Positions 8,840-16,529 of a stretch of 39,085 nucleotides of DNA are shown piece by piece. The notes under the pieces were generated by a model. That model did not search any database, was not told where the DNA came from, and worked only from the letters and a program-made list of their open reading frames with translations. This DNA is from a virus. Taxonomy: Duplodnaviria > Caudoviricetes. The position numbers were made by a program, and so were the translations under genes. Each line of letters begins with the position of its first letter. Position 1 is the stretch's first letter. The DNA lies in the IMG/VR virus record IMGVR_UViG_3300033232_000081, positions 1 to 39,085 of that record. The stretch is one strand, 5' to 3'.

Positions 8840-10003
8840 TCATTTTTTATTAAATAATTTATTAAGTTGTTCTTTTGAAATTAAATGGTCACCATCATGT
8901 ATCCTTCCAATTAAATCAAATTTTAAATTATTTCTTACAATAATTTCTTTTTGACTTTGTGATAAATCATCATAGAATACAAAATCTTTATTATGTGGTT
9001 TATAATCTTTATATGACCCTTCAGTTAAATCATGCTTAACTTTAGAATCAAATAGTTCATCCATTTTATTAACTTTTTGTGCTATTTGCTCCTTACTTGT
9101 CCTATGCCCCTTCTGACCCGAGCCAACTCCACCCTTAATAAAAGAGTCGGCACTTTCTAAAAACTTATTTACTTTCATATATATTTCTCCATTTTCATAA
9201 ATGAACTTATCAAGGATAGGTGTTTTGATTAAGCGTCTAGATATCGCATTTTCAAATTCTTCCACCGATAACCATTTACCCGCTTTCAATGATTGGCTTT
9301 CATAGGATGCTCTTGAAACTGGATTACTCATCTTAATCTTTTCACCTTTTAGTGCTGCAATCTTTTTATCGTTTTCTGCCATCGCTTGTAATAATGGGCT
9401 CTTTCGGGAATTCTGTCCAGGTCCGGAACTTTTATGCCCCTTCTGCCCACTCCCTACACCACCCTTCTCGTATGGGCAATTGCCACTTTCACATGCACTT
9501 TTCAGAACTGTGAAGAATGCTCCGCTCGCACTGGGAACATCAACTATACTGGTTTCAAGCCAACTCTTAACAAAGATAGTACCATTAACTTTTTTTAGTG
9601 CTTTGCCACCGATACTGAATCCCTTATAGACACCATTTTTAATGCTGTTCCACATCCATCCTGGGACATGTTCTTTTTCAATTTTTGCTACCAGATATGG
9701 CTTCTCCCCAAAACTAGTAACATGTTCTTTCCCTTCACTATCAATATATTTCTCAACGACAGTCCCGATAGCACCTCGCCATTGTGGCGCTTTATCGTGC
9801 ATGAACCGAATGATAGGATTCTGCATATAAGTCTTAAAGACATTTCTTAGACTGTCCATGTCCATATTTTCATTATCATGGTCTAAATCAGGATTGCTTG
9901 CCTCACCGGCAATATACATAACACTATCATTGATTCCACTCAATTTCTCGAATGTCATCCCGTAATCCCAATCAACCTCATTCTCAATCATTTCATCGCT
10001 CAT
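8840..10003 (-). CDS. Prohead maturation protease (HK97/assemblin-like) with C-terminal cargo extension
   Basis: DLDHDNE, FMHD (His), GFSIGG (Ser), ETSIVDVP; two KGGVGSGQKGH motifs follow the catalytic domain. Confidence 0.88.
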   Translation of the reverse strand: MSDEMIENEVDWDYGMTFEKLSGINDSVMYIAGEASNPDLDHDNENMDMDSLRNVFKTYMQNPIIRFMHDKAPQWRGAIGTVVEKYIDSEGKEHVTSFGEKPYLVAKIEKEHVPGWMWNSIKNGVYKGFSIGGKALKKVNGTIFVKSWLETSIVDVPSASGAFFTVLKSACESGNCPYEKGGVGSGQKGHKSSGPGQNSRKSPLLQAMAENDKKIAALKGEKIKMSNPVSRASYESQSLKAGKWLSVEEFENAISRRLIKTPILDKFIYENGEIYMKVNKFLESADSFIKGGVGSGQKGHRTSKEQIAQKVNKMDELFDSKVKHDLTEGSYKDYKPHNKDFVFYDDLSQSQKEIIVRNNLKFDLIGRIHDGDHLISKEQLNKLFNKK

Positions 10004-10140
10004 CTTCTTTCACCTTCCTTAGTGATAGTTTCTGATTCACCAAAAACTATTTCTGCTTCTTCCTCAGACATTGTATCAAATATCGCAACAGAACTTATGG
10101 GTGTTCTACCATTCTCATCTGAGATGTTTATTTTTCTCAT
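10000..10140 (-). CDS. Small acidic protein (46 aa), not in ORF track
   Basis: MRKINISDENGRTPISSVAIFDTMSEEEAEIVFGESETITKEGERR; ATGA overlaps at both ends; GGAGGT SD. Confidence 0.6.
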   Translation of the reverse strand: MRKINISDENGRTPISSVAIFDTMSEEEAEIVFGESETITKEGERR

Positions 10141-11318
10141 GATTTTACCTCCCACATTTCATCTAAGAAAGTTTGAATATCTCCACCATCCTTAATAAAC
10201 TTTGAAAGTGACATCCAACTGGTAGACTTCTTTGTTGGTAACTTTGCTCTTATTACAACATCATCACCAGTAAGTTTAATACCATTCCCAAAAATAGTTA
10301 TCTCATTTTCTGGGTGGTGTGTGTTGTCACCAGTTGCTTTATAATCCAATGCTACATTATTCTTATACTTATCATATGGAATTTTCAACATAACATTAGT
10401 CTTCGAATCAGTACCTCTTGCTGTTTTCTGATTACGAACACCTGCATACCACTTGCCCAATGGTTCGCTTTCACTGGTACTAAAAAGTTTATTATCTAAT
10501 AATGCTTCACCATTTAAAACAATGCTCTCAACCAATGCCTTTGCCGACTTCATATTAGTTTCACCCCTATAGATAAAATCTGTGTGGTGATTCCTGTTAG
10601 TTTTTCTAGATGCTTTCATCAACAAATAAAGTGGTGCTTGATATAAATCCGTTTCGTTTAAATTACCCGATACAATCTCCTGCACCGCCTCACCTATTAT
10701 TGATACGCTATCTGCATTTCCAGAATACCACGAGTAAGAAACAAGTGACGGAATAATATCGGGCATATCTTTAACCCGCTTCAACAGCATCCTTGTTGAA
10801 TATTTTCCTTTACCTTCGATATTCTCTAAAATTGGCTCATATGTATCATAAAACTTTATATTATCTTTAATAGAATTATAGTTATTCATTAATAAATTAT
10901 ATTCTTTCTTAATGCCACTATTATAAACTAAATCTGAAAATATATCTGCTCTACCTTCTTCCTTCATGCTTTCAACTGTCTCTTCAACTTGCTTTTCTGG
11001 TACAGAAAGACTTATGCCTTCTTTCTCCAAAATAAACCTTCTGCCTTCTACTTTTACATTATGAGAAACCAGTGTTCTATTATCATTCTCCACAGTTATG
11101 GTAAATGTTCCTTCTGCAGCATTAACATTGCTTATGCCTTCATTAGAATATTTGTTCTTTCTAAAATTAACCAGACCATCCATCAAATCCTTATTTGGTA
11201 GTTCCCTTGCAGTCCGATGCCCCTTAATTCCAGACCCAACTCCACCTTTAGAAATATCATCTCGCATTCCATGAAGCCAGTTATCATTTACATCATTTAG
11301 TTCTGGTGAATCTCTCAT
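10137..11318 (-). CDS. KGGVGSG-tagged protein with C-terminal ADP-ribosyltransferase-like domain
   Basis: IYRG...FSTSES...ENEI matches the R-S-E ART triad; motif near the N-terminus. Confidence 0.7.
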   Translation of the reverse strand: MRDSPELNDVNDNWLHGMRDDISKGGVGSGIKGHRTARELPNKDLMDGLVNFRKNKYSNEGISNVNAAEGTFTITVENDNRTLVSHNVKVEGRRFILEKEGISLSVPEKQVEETVESMKEEGRADIFSDLVYNSGIKKEYNLLMNNYNSIKDNIKFYDTYEPILENIEGKGKYSTRMLLKRVKDMPDIIPSLVSYSWYSGNADSVSIIGEAVQEIVSGNLNETDLYQAPLYLLMKASRKTNRNHHTDFIYRGETNMKSAKALVESIVLNGEALLDNKLFSTSESEPLGKWYAGVRNQKTARGTDSKTNVMLKIPYDKYKNNVALDYKATGDNTHHPENEITIFGNGIKLTGDDVVIRAKLPTKKSTSWMSLSKFIKDGGDIQTFLDEMWEVKS

Positions 11319-14011
11319 ACTAATTCAACTCCAACATTAATCTTTCCGCTCTTCGACATAACGATATGTTCTTGTTGTTCCCAGAAACGATTTTTGACAT
11401 AATCGTGTCCTATTGAAACTTCTGGACTTAATAAAATATTTTTAATATCAAATGATTTCGATACTACTGCTCCTCCACCCACTGAAAACTCTTTAGCAAA
11501 GAAATCTGCCTTTGTTTTATCTGTTGACCAGCTGCTAAGACTATACACATCAATATCTGCCTTACCATCAGCCATCCTTACTTCTAATGCCTCCCTGGCA
11601 CCTTTATCCAACCCTCTATATAATGTAACCTTACCATCTGGATACTTCCTTCTAAGCATTTCCTGAGTAATAGAATAAATCTTCTTAACTCCAACCTTAT
11701 TATTCTCAGTTACTCCAACATCCTCGTGCTCTTTTTTTAACGGTCTTGACATCTCACTATTCAATCCAACTGATTCAGTAGCAATCTTATCCATTATATC
11801 CATGCTTGTTCCAGAATACCAAATTGCTACCATATCATAATTATCAAAAGTATATCTATCCTTGATATCTTGTCTCTTCATATCAAGAACATCCTTAAAC
11901 TCCTTCACTAACTGTCCCTCGCTCATCTTCTTCAACTTCTCATGATATGCAGTCCTATGTCCTTTAATCCCCGACCCAACTCCACCTTTAACTATACTAC
12001 TCGAATACTTCTCATACAGATTTTTAATATCTTTCGATACTGGTAATCCTTTTTTTAATGCACTTGCAATATCTGCTTTATGGTCACTATAAGTATATGA
12101 TGGGAACTTTTTAAGTGCTTCATTAAAAGTCATTTGCCAAGTATATTGTTTTTCTGTAGTAAATGGAAACTTCTCAGCAATGGACAATGCTTCTTTCCAA
12201 TTCTTACCACTCTCAATTGCACTAATAAAATTGTATGGTGCAGGATGTTTCTTACTCATCTTAACTTTATTCCAATCATAAACTGCTTTTGCTTCAGCTA
12301 CAAATTCATGTAAATTTGCAAATGCACCATTCATACCAATTCCAGCAACATCCTTGAAAACATTACTATCATATATTTCCCAATAATTATCCGGTGTTAT
12401 AATTCTCTTTTCCCACCTATGACCTTCTTCATGTCTTAGTATATGTGCTCTTGTATTAGTATTATGTGCAAAAAACTTATTATTTAATTGTATTTTACCA
12501 TTTGCTAACAATTGTGCCTCTTCCGTTCCAGAATCACCACCAAATACAAAACCACTTGGTATATTATTAATAAATTGTTTAAGTGTTACTTCAGATAAAA
12601 ACTTAATCTGAATATCATCCAATCCATAAACTTCAGGAGAACGCGAATCAGTAATATTCGCCTGCCTACCTTCAACAGATGTAGTATATGCACGTAATCT
12701 CTCAGTCAATGATAATACTTTTGACTGTGCAGTCGTATGCCCTTTAATCCCTGAGCCAACTCCACCTTTCTCAACATTGAATCCTTCGCGCATTTTTGTT
12801 AAATTATTTAATTCATCTTGGAATGATTTAAGTTCTTTTACATATTCGCTACCATCACTAAGAAGTTTTATTTTAGTTACATTTCCTGATTTACCAGAAA
12901 CTTCAAATTTAGAACCTGGGAGCAATACATTCTCATCAATGCCCATTACTGTCGCATCCACTAAGACAGAACCTTTCGGGACATCAAGTTCAAAAACTTC
13001 ACCATATCTTTTTGCTCTTTCAAAATCAGGTGTTGCTGACCGTGCACCTCTTGCTTCAAAAGTTTCTCCGACTTTCATATTACTAAACTTCTCACCCCTA
13101 AGCCCAAAGAAAACTTTCTTGTTTTCTTTTGTTTTATATTCTTCTCGTGTTGCAAATTTATATAAATCATCAAGATGATGGACAATCTCTACTTCTTTTC
13201 CTCTAGATGCTCTTCTTCTAAGCATATCTCTATAATCTGCATCTTTTAAATCTTCCCAAAAAGCGCCCATCGATAAAGGAAGTTGGCTTGTATCTGTCCT
13301 ATGCCCCTTAATTCCACTCCCAACACCGCCTTTCAAAACATCAATGATAGGTGATTTGAAGATTTTTGCTTCCTTTTGTGCTTTTGTACCATCATACATC
13401 TGCCCAGTAATTAATATTATATTTTCAGGTAAAACCTTTAAAGGTCTTGCTGTACACCTGTCGTTTGGTCTCATCGGTGGCATCATATAATGTGTTCCAG
13501 TTTCTGGGTCAATAAATGGTTCATCAACTTTCACAATCTGACCATACATTCTTTTACTGTCATCTGCAGTTCTCTTGTTTCCAATAGCAGCATTCCACCA
13601 CATCTTGTAATTAGCAACATTACTAGTAATCCAGGCATCATTCCGTCCGGTATTAACCGCAGTCATAACCTCTGTTCGAACCAACCTCTCGGTCTCCCAC
13701 TCTTTCATTCCGGCAAAATCATCTCTAACTCTTTCCATCAAGGATGGTATAGATTCTCTCAAGGATATCCCCTCGATGAGATGTTCTTTCAGATTACCAA
13801 TAATTCTATCTTTAGTGCCCTGTGATAATAACATTATTCTATTTTCTAACGCATCGATGGTAAACTGGTCCTGTGGTTCAATAAATTTACCCAACGTCTC
13901 TTTTTGACCCGCTTTCATACCATGCCAATATCCTTGTGTGACAATGTTTCTCAATATAGAACGCAATGTCTCAAAATTCAATTTCGCAAGTAACAGGTCG
14001 ACATCAATCAT
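11315..14011 (-). CDS. MuF (SPP1 gp7-like) minor head protein fused to ART-like, zincin and ART-like domains
   Basis: ERLVRTEV...PPMRPNDRC MuF core; SATPD..DVPKGS..ENVLLPGSKFEV; HEEGH..EFVAE; LYRGL..SSWSTD..QQE; three KGGVGSGIKGH linkers. Confidence 0.85.
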   Translation of the reverse strand: MIDVDLLLAKLNFETLRSILRNIVTQGYWHGMKAGQKETLGKFIEPQDQFTIDALENRIMLLSQGTKDRIIGNLKEHLIEGISLRESIPSLMERVRDDFAGMKEWETERLVRTEVMTAVNTGRNDAWITSNVANYKMWWNAAIGNKRTADDSKRMYGQIVKVDEPFIDPETGTHYMMPPMRPNDRCTARPLKVLPENIILITGQMYDGTKAQKEAKIFKSPIIDVLKGGVGSGIKGHRTDTSQLPLSMGAFWEDLKDADYRDMLRRRASRGKEVEIVHHLDDLYKFATREEYKTKENKKVFFGLRGEKFSNMKVGETFEARGARSATPDFERAKRYGEVFELDVPKGSVLVDATVMGIDENVLLPGSKFEVSGKSGNVTKIKLLSDGSEYVKELKSFQDELNNLTKMREGFNVEKGGVGSGIKGHTTAQSKVLSLTERLRAYTTSVEGRQANITDSRSPEVYGLDDIQIKFLSEVTLKQFINNIPSGFVFGGDSGTEEAQLLANGKIQLNNKFFAHNTNTRAHILRHEEGHRWEKRIITPDNYWEIYDSNVFKDVAGIGMNGAFANLHEFVAEAKAVYDWNKVKMSKKHPAPYNFISAIESGKNWKEALSIAEKFPFTTEKQYTWQMTFNEALKKFPSYTYSDHKADIASALKKGLPVSKDIKNLYEKYSSSIVKGGVGSGIKGHRTAYHEKLKKMSEGQLVKEFKDVLDMKRQDIKDRYTFDNYDMVAIWYSGTSMDIMDKIATESVGLNSEMSRPLKKEHEDVGVTENNKVGVKKIYSITQEMLRRKYPDGKVTLYRGLDKGAREALEVRMADGKADIDVYSLSSWSTDKTKADFFAKEFSVGGGAVVSKSFDIKNILLSPEVSIGHDYVKNRFWEQQEHIVMSKSGKINVGVELV

Positions 14012-14122
14012 CTAATTCCTCTGCCTATAAATCTTACCACACTTCTCGCACTTCTTCCAATTTCCAAAAGTATTATCTGGTCCCTTATGCACTTTTCCAG
14101 CACTACCACACACCGGACACAT
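14012..14122 (-). CDS. 36-aa zinc-ribbon peptide, not in ORF track
   Basis: MCPVCGSAGKVHKGPDNTFGNWKKCEKCGKIYRQRN; exactly fills the portal-MuF gap. Confidence 0.6.
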   Translation of the reverse strand: MCPVCGSAGKVHKGPDNTFGNWKKCEKCGKIYRQRN

Positions 14123-14125
14123 TTA

Positions 14126-16123
14126 TTATTCCCCTATCATACTTTCTATAAAATTATTCAATTTCACAATATCGTCGTCTTTATTCTTATCTTTAATAGT
14201 CATCTCTTCACCAACACCACCCTTTGCTATATCAGGATACATTTCTTTCAAATTATTCTCTAATTCTTTTTGAACTCGTTCCCAATACTCTTTTAACTTC
14301 TTTTCGCCATCGTCTTCAATCTTCTTTGTCATCACATGCCCATCTACCACATCCGGCGCCATAGCAAAACCCGCTTCACCACTCACAGCACCAACATTAA
14401 CCGCCTTCCTAATTTCAATAGGAATATTCTTAATCCCTAATTTTCTAGCAATTATTAATCTGTGCTTCCCTTCAGATAGAACACCAGATTTTAATTCTTC
14501 TTCTGTTACTGGTATCGGGTCAAATCGCCCATTTTTCATTCCAGATTCAATTCGACTCATTGCTTCATCTGTTCTTTTCTGACTCATATCGCCAGGATAA
14601 GCATATTTTGCGCGCATCTTCCAAGCATCTTCCAAACTTATAGTCGTGTGCCCCTTAACTCCAGACCCAACCCCGCCTTTCTCAACAAACCCACCATCAT
14701 CTTCGTCCTCTGTAGTATCCCCAGTATCACCGAAAGGATTCCAATCACCAAACATATCGTCTTCCTGCCCCTCTTGACCACCACCACCACTACCTTCAGC
14801 AAATGGCATATCAAACTTTTTGTCATCAAGGATATGCTCACCATCACGTTCACGTAGTTCATTGATTGCTACTTTACCGGAACGAATATAGATTTCATCT
14901 ATTTGCGCCTGTTTCATTTTATCTTCCAGGTCCAACGATGTTTTGAACTTGAAACTAACATCAGGATATTTTTTCCATACTAAATCCCGATTAATAACAT
15001 CTTCAATTAATTTTAATAGCGGTCTAATTGCCCGACTCTTATGAATGTTCATCTGTTGCATGCCAGTCGCGCGATTCAAATCCTCAGTCCATCCAATCTC
15101 GCTAGGCGCAATCTTAAAAATACTCAATACCAATTTAGCAAACCATTTCTGCCCATCCAACCACTGCATCTGTTGGGGATTAAATGGGAATCCCTGAACT
15201 TTGACTCCACCACCAGTAACTAACCAGCGTCCCGCCTTCTTCGGTCCCTGCAGATTCTTTTTATATTCAGCCGCTTTCAATCTTAACTCATTAACATCCT
15301 TGATGTCAGGATGGTCAATCTGTCCACCGATAAACAGCCCATTCTCCCACAACTTAGAATTTGCCTCAGTACTGTCCATCAAATAATTAACGATATCCTT
15401 GACAATCTCCAATCTACTAGTCCCATACATTCCGCGACTATTCGGTCTAGTCCTAAAATACATTACCTCATCAACACTAAACTCTGTGGGAATCCCACTT
15501 GGATTTAACCAACTATATTGCCAAAATCTCTTCCATCTTCCACCGATACTAGAACTCTCAATCATGAAACTTCTGCCATCTCTCACACTCAAATCAATGA
15601 CATCGTTTGCACCCTTCTTCAATTTACCCGTTTCACCATCAAAGTCCTTAAGTCCGAAAACCTTCAATATTACTCCAGCATCATACCATTCCAAATCCGG
15701 AATCATCTCAGCCAGACAAACACTAAAACTCTCTTCACTTGGCAAATTCTCAAAGAACATTCGCATATCATTGATAGCCTTTTCATTACCAACTTCTCCC
15801 CTCTCTAACTTCTTTCTAGGAACAATATCCCATTCGGCGCTAGTAATCGCATCAACTTTTGCGTCTATACAAATCTGAACCCATACACTCTTTTCAAATT
15901 GCTGTAATTCATTATAATCAATATTCCTTGGTCTGCCATAAGGAGGATTAAGCCAATACTCTTCGGTCATAACACCTTTCAATGCCTGACCTCTATTGCC
16001 CTCGTCGAAAACAGTAATACTTTGTACATCTGCACGTGGTATAATTTCTTCAGCGCGCACCAATCTATAGTTACCACTAGCCACTCTTCTGATTGGCTCA
16101 ACAAATGTACTTATTATACTCAT
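14126..16123 (-). CDS. Portal protein (HK97-type) with C-terminal extension containing a ParB/Srx-like domain
   Basis: WVQICID, YGTSRLE, FKIAPSEIG, INELRERDG portal motifs; the extension contains DPIPV..LSEGKHRLIIARKLGIKNIPI; likely start ATG 16123. Confidence 0.9.
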   Translation of the reverse strand: MSIISTFVEPIRRVASGNYRLVRAEEIIPRADVQSITVFDEGNRGQALKGVMTEEYWLNPPYGRPRNIDYNELQQFEKSVWVQICIDAKVDAITSAEWDIVPRKKLERGEVGNEKAINDMRMFFENLPSEESFSVCLAEMIPDLEWYDAGVILKVFGLKDFDGETGKLKKGANDVIDLSVRDGRSFMIESSSIGGRWKRFWQYSWLNPSGIPTEFSVDEVMYFRTRPNSRGMYGTSRLEIVKDIVNYLMDSTEANSKLWENGLFIGGQIDHPDIKDVNELRLKAAEYKKNLQGPKKAGRWLVTGGGVKVQGFPFNPQQMQWLDGQKWFAKLVLSIFKIAPSEIGWTEDLNRATGMQQMNIHKSRAIRPLLKLIEDVINRDLVWKKYPDVSFKFKTSLDLEDKMKQAQIDEIYIRSGKVAINELRERDGEHILDDKKFDMPFAEGSGGGGQEGQEDDMFGDWNPFGDTGDTTEDEDDGGFVEKGGVGSGVKGHTTISLEDAWKMRAKYAYPGDMSQKRTDEAMSRIESGMKNGRFDPIPVTEEELKSGVLSEGKHRLIIARKLGIKNIPIEIRKAVNVGAVSGEAGFAMAPDVVDGHVMTKKIEDDGEKKLKEYWERVQKELENNLKEMYPDIAKGGVGEEMTIKDKNKDDDIVKLNNFIESMIGE

Positions 16124-16146
16124 ATTATCAGTCCATATCAAATATT

Positions 16147-16207
16147 ATACTAGGATTTTTATCTTTCGGTTCATCTGCCAGGAACATCGCCATCACACTA
16201 CTCCAAA
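16147..16207. repeat. Direct repeat copy 1 (orphan duplicate of the terL 3' end)
   Basis: 59/61 bp identical to 16549-16609. Confidence 0.95.
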
Positions 16208-16222
16208 CTCCCTATCTCAATC

Positions 16223-16528
16223 CTACTTCTTAGGTCTATTTTCAAAATCATATTTCGCTTTTCTCTTTTCTTGTTCCTGTTTTGCAAATTCTGAGTGCAA
16301 ATCAAGTAGTGCTCCCATCTTTCCCCAAGTCTCAGTGCTCCAAGTTTTAGTCTGTTCCTTGTCTTCCATCAAATTCTTAAGTGTCTTCACCATATCAAAA
16401 TGATTTATATCACCCTTTGAATCTCTAGCCACGGTTCTGTGACCCTTCTGACCCGATCCAGGACCACCCTTCATGAAAGAATAAATAGACTCTTCCAAAT
16501 TCTCAATTCTATTTCTTAGTTCACTCAT
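16223..16528 (-). CDS. Small KGGPGSG-tagged protein inserted between terL and portal
   Basis: FMKGGPGSGQKGHRT motif; flanked by the 61-bp direct repeats; ATG 16528 (track start TTG 16537). Confidence 0.75.
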   Translation of the reverse strand: MSELRNRIENLEESIYSFMKGGPGSGQKGHRTVARDSKGDINHFDMVKTLKNLMEDKEQTKTWSTETWGKMGALLDLHSEFAKQEQEKRKAKYDFENRPKK

Positions 16529-16529
16529 C

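Noticed and set aside
9098-16471. KGGVGSG repeats as DNA-level elements (CRISPR repeats, intein or IS ends, extra DGR VRs)
   Set aside because: All are in frame with synonymous variation, irregularly spaced, lack intein C/HN termini and show no similarity to TR
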